NCBI GenBank assembly: GCA_051362555.1 | Contig: CM120644.1 | Location: forward strand, 12,422,567 to 12,486,566 | DNA length: 64,000 nt | Origin: Lingula anatina | Taxonomy: Eukaryota > Animalia > Brachiopoda | Reading direction: 5' to 3' | Part shown: positions 27,594 to 41,203 of the stretch, piece after piece | Position numbering within the stretch: the stretch's first letter is position 1 | Layout of the letters: the number at the start of each line of letters is the position of its first letter | The notes under the pieces: model-generated | The model's input: the letters and a program-made list of their open reading frames with translations, nothing else | Told to the model about the DNA's origin: nothing | Databases searched by the model: none | Program-made: the position numbers and the translations under genes

Positions 27594-29658
27594 ATGTTGA
27601 ATACGACAAAAATCTTTCGACGTGGCCTAGCATTAGCTATGAATATGCAATCTAATCGGCGTTGGGGAAGATTCATCAAACCTTCTCAAGAATTGTGGAA
27701 GGAGACGAATTTGTCTATTTGTAGTGGACGCGGAAGAATAACTCCCTTTGCCCAGTTAAGCCGAGAGCTGTCGAAGCAGCCACTGCGTTTGAAAAAGGTT
27801 AGTTAAATCAGTTATCAGGACCATTTGATGAAGAATTTGAATGTCATGCCCCATAATTTTAATTAATTAACATACATGTATTAAAAAAAAGATTCAACTT
27901 AAAGTTAAGGCTAATAACCACATTTAAAATGCCAAAAAACCACTGTTAAGTTAGTAAGCAATGACAGTCATTGAAACGGAGGACATATTTACAATTTAAT
28001 TGGCTGAATAGTGAAACACAATGTGATGGAAATGAGAAACCTGACACAACTCTGCCAAATGTTAGGCTTATTGCAACCGTTACTGGGACATTGGTTGAAA
28101 TATAAATGGCATAACCACTTCTTGCAAGCTTGCCGCAAACTTTTGATGCTCTTGCTTTGCAGAAGATATGGAACAGGATTTCTTCTTGCAACAATCTGCA
28201 AACAGTTCCCTGTTTTGTTTGCAGCAAGTTTGAAGTAAACTTTTCGTTTTGGTAAGAGCATACACTGTTATCTGTATATTACACGAGGGATATGGTAACT
28301 TTCACTAAGAGTGAACTCCTGTTCCTAAGTGCCAAACACCATAATTTGTTATTTATGTTTAAGTTCTTTTATTTTTTTTAACAATGCCATCTCAGCGTTT
28401 TTTACTTCTTATGCGTGCTAAATATGTATCTTAATTAACCACGTGTGATTTTAATGAGCTCCGTGACATATCCCCTAGTCTTGAAGTCACATTCATAGTG
28501 TTAGAAGTTTATAAATATAATTCTTTGTATTCTCATTAAGAAAATTGCTAAGATAATTAATGTATTTTTCTTTAAAAAGGTGACACGTGTACTTAACATG
28601 CATATTAGTCCCAACAAAGGAATACCAAATACAGTAATCAAATATATTATATGTCTATATATATATCGTGCACTGGATTGATTGAATTTATTAGTAAATA
28701 AAATAACAGAAATGTTCAAAATAATTTATTTCAGATGCCAACGGATTACCCATTGTTGACTGGTTCAGATCATTGGAAAAGGAAGGCTCGAACGATTTTC
28801 AAGGCCGTTGATACCAAAGGTCAGGGATACATCACTAAAGAGTCCATGGAGCTCACTGCTAAGCGTGCTGCCCAGTACTTGGAATTGAATGGTAGGCATC
28901 GGTTTAATAAAATTAAACAGATAATATAACTGCATTAAAAAAAAGCGGCTTAGTATCAATGGCTTTGCTAATTTACCTGTTAGCGTAGGACCTTATTTCA
29001 AATTCAGATTTAAAACTTTTGTGAAAAACAAATTGTGATTTTTCTGCACACATCACACACACACACACACGCACAAGCACATTTCCACATACACGCGTCC
29101 TCACACGCGCCAACCTGAAACCATAATATTTCCTCAAACTTAATTATAACAGACAAAATACTGGTCAACAGAGTTGTTTAAGGTTGCTGTGTCGTTCATG
29201 CGTCTTCCTAACTTTTTTCCTTGAGTGTATTTCTATTTATATTTCCAGATGAACAAACGGAGTATTATGTGAATCTTCGACTTGATATTTGGAGAAGTGT
29301 CATAAACAGAGGTTCAGATGACGACAATGCCCAAATTTCGGAGGAAGAATTTCTTCAGAATCATATGCTCATGTTTAACGACAGCAAAAATCGAGCACAT
29401 TTAGCCGATTTCCTTGTCATTGAGTTCATTGCCATAGATGCCGATGGCGACGGATATATTTCGCCCAGAGAGCACGCAGCTTATTTCTACGGGATTGGTA
29501 TTCCCACAGAATACTCGAGGCGTATATTTGATATCATGGACACAAATAAAGATGGCCTCATCTCCAAGGAAGAGTTCACGCAGGCTCAAATCGAATTTTG
29601 GCTTGGCGAAGAGGAAAACAATATTTATAATGAATTTCACGGTCCTCTTGTTGATTGA
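27594..29658 (+). CDS. SCP/CBP-like EF-hand Ca2+-binding protein with N-terminal presequence-like leader, copy 1 (~256 aa)
   Basis: Exons 27594-27797, 28735-28891, 29249-29658. Donors AAG|gttagt and AATG|gtaggc, acceptors tttcag|ATG and ttccag|AT; spliced frame is open. Motifs: SDHWKRK, EF loops DADGDGYISPRE and DTNKDGLISKEE, C-terminus FHGPLVD resembling Nereis SCP (..FWGPLV) and Renilla CBP (..FYGDLVD). Confidence 0.9.
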
Positions 29659-32600
29659 ATGCAACATTCTCAAATATAACTCACTTAACTAGTATTTGAT
29701 TAATGAAATAAGGGTAGTCCAACGCGGGTAATGGTGCGGGTATTAAACAGTGAGACAATATGTCAATCACCAATAATATCATATACACGCAAATATTAAA
29801 TATCGTGATGCAGGTCTTTTCCATTTAACACAGAAGAGCTAAAAAAATTATATTGTGACGAAGCACAGAATAATAACGAGGGACTCATCTTGTTTTGCTT
29901 CACTTGTAGATAGTTGCACAATGGAGAATGGTGATGCAAAAACATTCATTTTTAAAACTATTTAATCAGTTGCCATTTATTATTATTATACTGGAGTTTT
30001 TTTGTATTGATTGTCTCCTTGATCAACCGTGAACACTTTGCAAGGCATAGTTATTATACGCGTTTATATGATATACTTGTAACTAAACTGATAAGTAAAA
30101 AAGAACACACTATTTGTTGTTCTGGTAAACATGCAATTATTAAGTGGGTCTAGAGGTGAAGCAGTAGGGTTTCAGAAAAGTATTATGTTATGTGACGTAT
30201 TTGTCCGGGGGCTTCTCATATTCTTCTGTTATATCATGCAAAATGATCGGAAATAAAGAAATCAAAATAGCTCCCATTTTCCCACTGACAGCCATTAACA
30301 AAGAGTCCATTGCATAATCGGTGTATCTTGAAGGGGTGCGTTTTTTTAAAGACCAAGGGCTCAGATTAAAACATTTATCTCGACTGAATTTTGTTATGAA
30401 TTTTGAATAAAACATTTTGTGATAAAGGCTGTTGGGCTATGTTCTGAATAAAAAGGCAATATTAACAAACAGAGGTGAAATGAAACACCTTAGTGCGACT
30501 TCGTTTACAATTTACACAGTCAAGAAATACATCTTTCATTGCCTGGCAAACAGTGTTTTTCAAGCAGTCAGGGGAGAAGTACTGGGTTTAACAAAGGATT
30601 ACGTAAAATGGTGAGGGCTCATTATATTCCACTTTTATGTAACGCAACGGAAGCGGACAGAAAGAAGAAAGAAGATCAATGTTAAAATTTATTTTTCATG
30701 TCAGCTCAGTTGTGTATCTTGTAGAGGTGTGAGTCCTTGGACAAGGACGACCCCCACCATACATGGAATCGTATTAAACTGTTTCTCATCTGTATTCAGT
30801 TTTAGACCGAAAAATGATTCATCACGTTTTCCCAACATGTCCACCAGATTGATGAACAGCATCTTAAGGGGAATCGTGAAATGGACATTTTCATGTCCCT
30901 TGATGTGAAGATGGTAATACTGTGATATTTTAATATTTTCTAAATAAACTGAACGTGATTTTACATTTAATTAGTCTATACAAGGAAAGTGAAATCTGAA
31001 GACCAGTACGTAAGTGACACTTGAAATAATAACGATGAGCAAAATCTATTTGTTTGAAAGTTATCGTCTTGATGTGAAGTAAATAACCCATTGATGTATG
31101 GGGTAATTAAACGTAAAAGACGATAAAACCAGAAGGAAATAGTTTAAAATAATTCACTGGTATCCTTCAGTAGAACCTTAACTCGGCTTTATAATGCCGT
31201 TTGAATCACTTGAATGGCTGTCTTGATTATAGAGAAAATTCCAAAACCGAAAACGGTATTTTCCCCCCAAATGGCACAGCAGCGTCATCCGTCGGACACT
31301 GCGTTAAATCTCTGTATTTAATTGGCCTTTTGGAAAGTATGTTTCAATTTTTTTATAAAGACGTATAAGATGAGGGTATTGTTACTATCCCTTTGTCTGT
31401 TTTACTACTCCCTTAATAAAGCTTTATATCACAAAGTACTGTGACCTTCCTAAGTGTGTGTTCTCTGAGACTGCAGAGCCCCATTCACTATTGTCTCGGT
31501 AATTGTGATTAGTGATTATTTATATTATTTAATAGCGTATGACATAATCAAAATACTACACACATGACTTTCCATCAAAACATTGAGCTCTTGTCCTATC
31601 GCTTGATCGGTTAAAATCCGTAATGTCCAAAGAACTAACTGCATTTGTGGGCTCAGGTGTATTGTTTTTCAAATGCTTTTTTACCTCCTCGTTGGAAATC
31701 ATCCCCTTCTCAACTAACACAGTCTGAAAACGTGTGTTCCAAAACCCCGTGTACCATTCTGCTGAGAGCTATTTCTTTATATCATGAATTTTCAGGGACA
31801 AAGATAAATAGAAAAAAGAAAGATTTCCATACATGCTACAACACAAAACGATATCTGTTATGCATTCCAGCTTTATGCACAAGGCTTAATGTAAAAAGCC
31901 TCTGATTTATGTCCCGTGTTTGCAAAACTAGTTGATATCAGACACCTCAATAGAAGTTTGTTTGTAATGCATGATTTGTAAAGAAAGAAAACACCATTCG
32001 CAGTCAAGGAAAAAGAACATTTCTTTAAAAAGCATCTAGGGGCTAAGGGCTAAGGTTAGACAATAAGATTATTTTAAATGATTATTTTTAATGAAAACCT
32101 GGCAATATAATGCAAAGGGGACCGAAAAAGAAAAATAAACATCAATTTTGAAACTTTTTTTAACTTGTACTATCACTTCATTGGTGCATCTTGCAGGGGT
32201 ACTTGCTTTAAAGCAATAACCTGCACTGTTCATGAAATCGTTTTAACACTTAATCTTCTCAACTTAAGGCTGCTTTAGACCGGACACTGCACTGTAGCAC
32301 ATTTCCCAACATCACTGGCAGTCAGTATGTCCATTAATTAAAAGTGTGAATGGAGATTTTTGTTGTCCCTTGGAGTTAAGATAATATAAAATATAACAGA
32401 AAGGGAGTGAACACAATTGAACATATGAGGCAGGGCCTTTCGACCCTTCACCGCAAGGAAGCGACCAATTAAATAAATCAGTGATGAGGCAAAGATATAG
32501 GTAGGTTACCGTCATAAAACAGTCTTCATAAAAAAAATCCAGAAAAACAGACACATGTACAACTTATAGGCCAACTTATGGTCTTCATCTATGTTTCCTC

Positions 32601-32840
32601 TGATTAATTACACCTGGCAAAAAGGGTTGATATAAATTGTTCTTGCAGTATTCTTTAACCTAGGTCGAAATATTTGAATATTGTGTCCTAGTTTTAACAC
32701 ATTGAACAACCTTTAGAGAATTATTTATACTATCGGGTAACAAATACAAAAGATGAATATTTTCCTTCTTTAAAATATCACTCATCCGACTACAAATCAC
32801 GGTGTTTGTTATTCCTGTCACTTTCCCTACCTGGTACATG

Positions 32841-32849
32841 TATATAAAA
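32841..32849 (+). promoter_or_regulatory. Putative TATA box of copy 2
   Basis: TATATAAAA 40 nt upstream of ATG 32881; the homologous position in copy 1 reads TATGTAAAA (~27485). Confidence 0.4.
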
Positions 32850-32880
32850 CATAGCACACATTGTTACGCAAGAGTCAGAG

Positions 32881-34310
32881 ATGGCTTATCCAACAATGTT
32901 GAATACGACAAAACTCTTTCGACATGGCCTAGCATTATCTATGAATATGCAAGCTAATCGGTATTTGGGAAGATTCATCCAACCTTCTCAAGAATTGTGG
33001 AAAGAGACAAACTTGTCTATTTGTAATGGGCGTGGAAGAGTAATTCCCTTTGCCCAGTTAAGCCGAGAGCTGTCAAAGCAGCCATTGCGTTTGAAAAAGG
33101 TTAGTTAAATCAGTTATCAAGGTCATTTGACGAAGAATTTGAATGTCCTGCACTATAAGTAAACATACATGTAGTTTCTAAGATTCAACTTAAATTTAAG
33201 TCTAATAACCACACTTAAAATGCCAACAAAACCATTGTTAGGTTAAGGAAGCAATGTCAATCATTCTAATTAAGGATATTTTAACTTACTTTTTTTAATT
33301 AAACTGGTTGAACAAGATATAGCTTCATGTATCTGAGTGAAATACAAGGTTAGTGAAATGAGAAACCTGGCACAGCTCTGCAAAATGTTATGCTTATTGC
33401 AACCGTTACTGGGGCATTGTTTGAAACATAAATGGATGTAGAGACTTCTTGCAAATTTGCAGAAGATGTGCAACAGGATGTGTTTGCAGCAAATTTGCAG
33501 TAAACTTTTCATTTTGCTAAGGGCACTGTTGCATGTATCTGTATATTAAAGGAGGGGCAACTTTCATTTATAGTACGTGAGCTTCTGTTCTGAAGTGCCA
33601 GACGCCACAGTTTATTTTTTTTTTATTTTCTTTTTTTATATTTTTCTTTAAAAAGGCCACTTGTGTACTTTAATGCGCATTAAGTCCAAACAAAGGAATA
33701 CCAAATACACTGTGCAATCCATTAAAATGCTTTATATTTCGTGCACTGGATTGATTTAATTAATCGGTAAGAAAAAATAACAGAAATGTTGAAAATAATT
33801 TATTTCAGATGCCCTCGGACTACCCATTGTTGACTGGTTCGGATCATTGGAAAAGGAAAATTCGCACGATGTTCAAGGCCGTAGATACCACAGGTCAGGG
33901 ATACCTCACTAAAGAGTCCTTGGAGCTCTCTGCCAAGCGTACTGCTCAGTACTTGGATCTTAATGGTAGGTATCGATTAAATAAAAATAAATAGATTATT
34001 AAACTAATTTTTTAAAACAGCGGCTTAGAATGCTTAGAATGAGACTGAGAATTTACCTGTTGACGTAGGACCTTGTTTCGAATTGAAATTTATAAGTTTT
34101 GTTGAAAATAAATTGTAAAATGCTGAATTTTCTGCATGCATCTGGAATTTGTTTTTGTAGTCACTTATATTATTCTAAATATTTGTTTGTGAAAAGATGA
34201 TTTATCACATATCGGGATGTTGTTTGGTAAGCTTATTTCTTGACTCCTCTCCCTCCATTTTTCTCTCTCTTTGTGTGTGTGTGTATCTATTTCACACACA
34301 TGCGCGCGCG

Positions 34311-34353
<43 letters not shown>

Positions 34354-34923
34354 CCCCCCCCCCCACACACACGTAGGCCGCACACGTACGCGCGACGTGA
34401 AACCATATCACACGAAATTCTACTCAGTACAGTTGTTAAAGATAGGTTGTTCCATAGTTAATGCGTCTTCCTGTCGTTTATGTACTGTATATGCACACTA
34501 TACGTTATATTTCCAGAAGAACAAGCGGGGAATCATATGAATCTTCGACTCGATATTTGGAGAAAATTCGTAAGTCGAGGTTCAGATGACAATGCCAAGA
34601 TATCAGAGGATGAATTTGTTCAGAATCACTTGCTCACGTTTAATGAAAGCAAAATTCGCGAAAACTTAGCTGATTACCTTTCCGTTGAATTCATTTCCAT
34701 AGATGCCGATGGCGACGGATATATTTCGCCCAGAGAGCACGCCGCTTATTTCTACGGGATTGGTATTCCCACAGAGCACTCGAGGCGTATCTTTGATATT
34801 ATCGACACAAACAAAGATGGCCTCATCTCCAAGGAAGAGTTCCAGCAGGCTCAAATTGAATTTTGGCTTAGCGAAGATGAAAACAATATTTATAATGAAT
34901 TCCACGGCCCTCTTGTTGATTGA
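32881..34923 (+). CDS. SCP/CBP-like EF-hand protein, copy 2 (~260 aa)
   Basis: Exons 32881-33099, 33809-33965, 34517-34923; same intron positions and phases, GT-AG sites, open spliced frame. Confidence 0.9.
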
Positions 34924-35664
34924 ATGCAACATACCCCAATATAATTCACTTAACTAGTACTTGGTTAGTAAAATAAGGATGGCATAACACGGTTAATAGC
35001 GCGGCTGTAAAAAAATGAGACAAAATGCTTATCATCAATAATATCATATACACGCGGATATAATATTGTGACACAGGTGCTTTCCCAGTATAGTAACAGA
35101 GTGATCCAGAGAAGAGCAAAAAATTAAAAACAAAATACAAACAAACAATTCTATTGTGGCGAAGCACAACATAATAATGAGGGACTCATCATATTCTGCC
35201 TTACTAGAAGATACTTGCACAATGGGGGTTGGTGATGGAATTACACTCATTTATAAAAAAACTTTTTTATCGGTTGCCATTTATTGCCAGGTACTGGTGT
35301 GATTTGCATTGCCTCCTTGATCAACCGTGGACATATTGCAGGGCACAGTAATTATACGCCTTTATATGATTTTGCTTACTGATAAGTAATGTAAAGACAC
35401 CATTTGTTATCCTGGTGAACAATTGTGAAGGGTGATGAAGTAGGGTTTGAGAAAGGAATGACGTTAAGCTGCGGGTTTGTTTCGGGGGGCTTAATTCTTA
35501 TATCCTGCTGTTATATCATGCAAAATGAGACGGAAATAAAGAAACGAAATCAATATCTCCCATTTTAGAATTTTACCACCGGCCGTCATTTACAGTCAGC
35601 CTAAGACCACGAGCTCAGATTTTAAAAATTAACTTAATTTTTTTAGGCCAATAACTTTATTAAA

Positions 35665-35666
<2 letters not shown>

Positions 35667-35728
<62 letters not shown>
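35667..35728. repeat. (CT)n(AT)n microsatellite
   Basis: Direct reading; the paralogous position downstream of copy 5 (~50410-50455) instead carries (AAT)n. Confidence 0.9.
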
Positions 35729-37224
35729 TTAAAAAATAATAATAATAAACTTTATTTAAAGAGGGTTAAACATATGAAGTGCAGACACTTATCTTACACA
35801 TGGCCCTCTGGGGGGTTAAAATTAAATATTGTGATAATGAAGAAAAGATGAATAAAATGAAATGAGTTGAATAACAAGAGTAATAAGAATAAAACAGACG
35901 ACATTATGTTAGTACGAATCTTAAAGCTTCATGACTTAATAATTGTATACATAATATTTAATTTTGGTTTTTTAAAAACAATCTTTGAAAAGTATCCAAG
36001 TCTTCTCAGTTTTTTATTTCAGAGTTAGGGCAGTTCCATATTTTAATCGAAGTCCATATTGGGCCTTTAGTTAGTATGTCTTTATGTACTGACTAGATTG
36101 ATAAACAACATGTTAAATGATACTTTTTAGGATAAAGGCTTGTGGGCTATGTCCCGAAAGATAATCCAAAATTCACGAAGCCAGCTGAAACGAGACACCT
36201 TAATAAGACTATGTTTACAATGTACGCAGTATTGAGAAAGACCACACCAGTCGTTGTCGGGTGAACAGCTTCTTAAAGCATTTGGCAGTGAAGCACCGGG
36301 GGTTACATGTAACAAAGCATTATGTCACATGGGTGACTTGTATTTTGGTGAAGGCTCATTACATCTTCCATGAAACAACGCAGAAGCAGGAATAAAGAAT
36401 AAAGAACATCCCATAGGGACCCGCAGAGTAAGTAAGGTTACTTTCCGGTGGCAATGTAACAAAGCATTACCTCCCATGGGTAACTTGTATTTTGGTCAAG
36501 GCTCATTACATCTTCCATGAAACAACGCACAAGCGGGAAAAAATAAGAAAGAACATCAATTTTAAAACTTCAACTGGCAGCTAGCTCATTGGTGCCATCT
36601 TGTAGAGGAGTGAGACATTGGGCAAGCACATGCACCGTTCATGAATTCCCACATTTAAAACATGGATTTATTTTTCGTGTGTACATATACTTTGGATAAT
36701 TTAAAAAGGTATATTTTCACCTGTAAACAGTTTATGCAAAGGTAATTTGCTCGGATCCACGACTGGACCGTAAACCCTCCGTACCAAAGTGTGTCCTCTT
36801 GTAGTAGTCACAAGCATTTTTTAGAAATTGTTTCTAACAAAAAATACAACGTGCATTCTAGAATTCGAAGCAGGGTTTAAAGGTAAAACTGTGTCTAAGT
36901 CAGCGAAGTTACCACGGAGTCCGGATGCTTCAATTGAGGACTTCAGACACTGAAACCCAGGTCCGAATTCTAGAATGCTCAAACTAATTTCTTTTTTTTT
37001 GTTGCTTGAAACAATTTATAAAATTTGCTTGTGACTGCTTGTGGACATACGTACGACGGAAGGTGGGCGGTTCAGTCAGGGCGCAGTCGGTAGCGCGCAC
37101 GGTTGCAAACAAGTTCAAAGACATCAGCAAGCATGGTAACGGAAAGTCCCGAATACAAATCCCGGATGACGCATGTCAGTTTCCACAGAAATCAGCTGGC
37201 ACCGGATTCGAGAATGCTCATAAA

Positions 37225-37544
37225 ACAGGCCTACCCAACTACCGGACTCGGCACCGAATGATCCCGAATTCACCGGTAGATCGGACCACACTACCCGTTT
37301 TCAAGGTGTGCGTCAGTACGCATTTCACAGTATCATACCCCAGAGCAAATTGTGAGATGAGATGCACGACTTTCCAACCCTGCTGAGAATCATCAATATC
37401 ACATTGCGTAATTGGCAAGAGCGGTGCTGTGACTGATACTTCGAAGCGCGTACTGACACACACCTTGAAAACGGGTAGTGTGGTCTGATCTACCAGTGAA
37501 TTCAGGATAATTCGGTGCCGAGGCTGGTAGTAGGGTAGGCCTGT
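37225..37544. mobile_element. MITE with ~110-bp inverted arms
   Basis: ACAGGCCTACCC..CGGCACCGAAT..CCACACTACCCGTTTTCAAGGTGTG and its reverse complement. A second, more decayed hairpin element is adjacent at ~36760-37085. Confidence 0.75.
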
Positions 37545-38478
37545 AAAAGAATGCAGGCTTTCGTGGGTCCAGGCAAATTACATTTATTACATTTATTACA
37601 TTTACAGGCAAATTACATCTGTTGCATTAAAAATGTAAATTTATAAATAAGTGATCGATTTGCCAAAAAACTTATTTCTGGTCATTATTATTATTAAATC
37701 TGCATAGTCAATAATACTTTCTTTTCACTTAAAAGCCCTTAAAATGATGTTTATGCGGGATTGTCATTGATCTCTATCGTTTACCAACTACGCAACAGAT
37801 AAAATTTGAATTGAGTAAATAGCTAACGGCATGGCGCCATGCATGTCATACTGGCCTCTCATCAAAAGTGCAATCTTCTCCGACGGATTTAAATTAGCAT
37901 GAAATGTTTGTTAAAGTCACGTCGCTGCTATCGCTTTACCCAATTTGCTCTATTCCCCCCCCTCTCTGGGGCCTTGCTTGTCAAGACTGTTCAAATGGTC
38001 GTATAGTAGCCGGGGCAGCTCAACATTCGACATTTGAAATTGCAAAAACTTCTAAAAACTAAAAGAAAAGTTTAATGTTTTTTCAAAAGTTACGTCACGA
38101 TTGCTTTACCCAATTGTGTATTTTCTTGCTAATCCAGACTGTTCATAAAGTCATACAGTATCTTAGGCAACAGTCGACATTTGAAATGAAAAAAAAAAAA
38201 AACTAAAACCGCAAGGTGCGAACTGCTTTGGCTCTGATCGTGATCTGTAACTTCACAGGTGAAGTCAAACGTAATCTCAGTGTAAAACAAAGTGAAAATT
38301 AAAACATCGGATGTCATTTAACTTAGGATGATTCTTGTGGACGCATTTGGAATTTGTTATTCTTATCGTTAATATTATTTTAAATAATATTGATATGTAA
38401 TAGTTTACTTCAAGTCATGTTGTTTTTTGATGAGCCCATTTTTTAAATTTCTTCCTCCTCCCCCTCCATCTCTCTTTT

Positions 38479-38523
<45 letters not shown>

Positions 38524-38571
38524 TGTGTATACACACACGACCTGAAACCATATTATATTTCCTCAAGCTTA

Positions 38572-39159
38572 CAACATTGGTCAAACATTGGTTGTCCCAC
38601 CCCCAGTTTCATGTGCTTTTATTTATAAATGATAACATCCCAGGAGTTAATTGCTATGAATGATGATTTTCATTCCAGGTACCATATATATATATATGCA
38701 TATAACTAACATGATAGTGGTACAGAGAATACAAACTATCTGTTAAGATATCTATATTTAATTCCATTTATTTACATTTATTTAATGTACCCCCTCAAAT
38801 CTGATGTTCCACCGTCGTATCCACGGAGGTAAAGAAATGTCCATTAAATTGAAATGACACCACCAGATGTCACCAAATTTATACATATTTAGCATTATGG
38901 TATGCTCTTTAAAGGCTCCTTGTCTAATAGCGTTTGTGTTTACCGCGTACTGTAATTACTTCCTGTAGATGACGCGGCCTGCCTTCAACAAAGGTAACAA
39001 TTCTTTTTTTGTAAGATATTGTCCCATTCTTCCTAAAGAGCTTGGTTGGTCCTGATTATTAGGGGTTTGGTTCTCCTTTGCATTGCACACTTCAATTCTT
39101 GCCACAGATGTTAAGTAAGGTTAATAACAGGGCTCAAAGATGGTTTCTCCAGCCTCAGA
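38572..39159. mobile_element. Truncated copy (one arm) of the Tc1-like element
   Basis: Begins TA|CAACATTGGTCAAA..GGTTGTCCCACCCC and is colinear with 21241-~21812. Confidence 0.75.
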
Positions 39160-39256
39160 ACATTATATAGTGTTTGATATTCTGGTAACGTTCCATACGT
39201 GATATATTAAATTGGAGAACAGATTGTTTCGCCATTAAATTTCGTGAGAACCAGAG

Positions 39257-40929
39257 ATGTCTCACATGTATGCAACCATGATGAATACGCCCAAACTCTT
39301 TCCACGTGGCATGGTATTAGCGATGATAATTCAATCAAACAGGCGATTGGGCAGATTCACCCAACCTTCCCAAGACTTTGTGAAGAAGATGCATCTGTAT
39401 ATATGTAATGAGCGTGGAAGAATAATCTCATATGTCCAGTTAAGCCGAGGCCTAACGGAGCAATCACTGCGTTTGAAAAAGGTTAGTTATGAGTCAGTTA
39501 TACGATACAGTTCCTTTGTTGGATAGTTTGAATGTCACATTTCTTCAGTGAAAGTGCATGTATGTCATGCTTCTTTACAAACTCTAAACACTCATTAAAG
39601 GCGGATAAAATGGATCGTCAAAAGCTTTATCGCTCTATATTACATATGTGATAACTGCCCATTACGAACCTTCGAATTGTCTCTGTCTGGTTATTCATTA
39701 AGACAATGGTGTGAAGTGAAAAACTCAAATGACTTCCTAAAGAAAATTACAACCACTCAGGACACTAGTGTTCTGAACTACCGAACGCCATAGTCTGGTA
39801 TTTAAAGCATGACCCCGCGGCGTTCACTGCTTAGGTGTGTGACCTAATTGTACCCGTCTGATTTTTAATGAGTTCGGTGACATATTTCCTTTTCTTTAAA
39901 ACACATACATACATGCAATCTTAAAGGTTTATTTATAATAATTATTTTTTTCATAATATTAGTATTAAGGAAAATTGCAGACATTACGAGGAAAACTATT
40001 TTATAAAGGCCATACTGTGTGCTTTTCATGCGTATTATTTCATTTCCATCAAAGGGACACAATGCACATCTACATGTACAGGTATATATTTCATGCATCA
40101 CTGCATTATATTAATCTTTCAAGTAAATAAAATGTTGAAAGTAATTTACTTTAGATGCCAACGGACTACCCATTGTTGACTGGTTCAGATCATTGGAAAA
40201 GGAAAATTCACACGATTTTCAAGGCCGTAGATGCCACGGGTCAGGGATACATCACTAAAGAGGCCTTGGAGATCACTGCCAAGCGTGCTGCCCACTACTT
40301 GGATCTAAATGGTAGGCATCGATTAGATAAAATTAAATAGATACATTTCTCTTTCACACACACACACACACACACAGAGGCACAACATACACACGTCCTC
40401 ACACGTGCCATCCTGAAACCATGATATTTCCTCAAACTTATAACGGACAAAATTTTGGTAAACAGAGTTGTTTAAGGTTGCTGTCTCGTTTCCTTGAGTG
40501 TATCTATATATATTTCCAGATGAACAAACGGAGTATTATGTGAATCTTCGACTCGATATTTGGAGAAATATCATAAACAGAGGTTCATATGACGACAATG
40601 CTAAAATTTCGGAGGCAGAATTTCTTCAGAATCATATGCTCATGTTTAATGACAGCAAAAATCGAGCAAATTTAGCTGATTTCCTTGTCATTGAATTCAT
40701 TGCCATAGACGCCGATGGCGACGGATATATTTCGCCTAGAGAGCACGCCGCTTATTTCTACGGACTTAATATCCCCACAGAGTACTCAAAACCTATGTTT
40801 GACATCATGGACACAAACAAAGATGGCCTCATCTCCAAGGAAGAGTTCACGCAGGCTCAAATTGAATTTTGGCTTAGCGAAGATGAAAAGAATATTTATA
40901 ATGAATTCCACGGTCCCCTTGTTGATTGA
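39257..40929 (+). CDS. SCP/CBP-like EF-hand protein, copy 3 (~263 aa)
   Basis: Exons 39257-39481, 40155-40311, 40520-40929; GT-AG introns. The start Met is uncertain because several in-frame ATGs are clustered. Confidence 0.88.
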
Positions 40930-41172
40930 ATGCAACATTTTCAAATATAATTCACTTAACTTGTATTTGATTAATGAAAATAAAATGATAATGTAAGGCG
41001 GTTAATGGCGCGGCTGGTAAACAGTGAGACAAAATGTCAATCATCAATAATATTATAAACACTCAAATATCTAAAAATTGTGATACAGGTATTTCCATAT
41101 AACACAGTGATCCAGAGAAGAGCCAAAATTAAAAAAAATTACATTGCGACGAAGCAAAAAAAAAAAAATAAT

Positions 41173-41203
<31 letters not shown>

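Noticed and set aside
27989-28265. Intron-1 ORFs (LLQTCCKQ.. / MKHNVMEM..) recurring in several copies
   Set aside because: They derive from the shared intronic repeat, and reading frames are not conserved between copies.
28735-29658. Calling the genes aequorin/obelin-type photoproteins or calmodulin
   Set aside because: The His22 and His175 equivalents and the C-terminal Pro of photoproteins are missing. The spacing and the SDHW / GPLV ends fit the SCP/CBP branch rather than calmodulin.
29401-29692. Recurrent antisense ORFs (MLHSINKR...) and shifted-frame ORFs (MATDIFRPES...) over exon 3 of each copy
   Set aside because: They are shadows of the conserved EF-hand exon; recurrence is explained by paralogy, with no independent motif or splice support.
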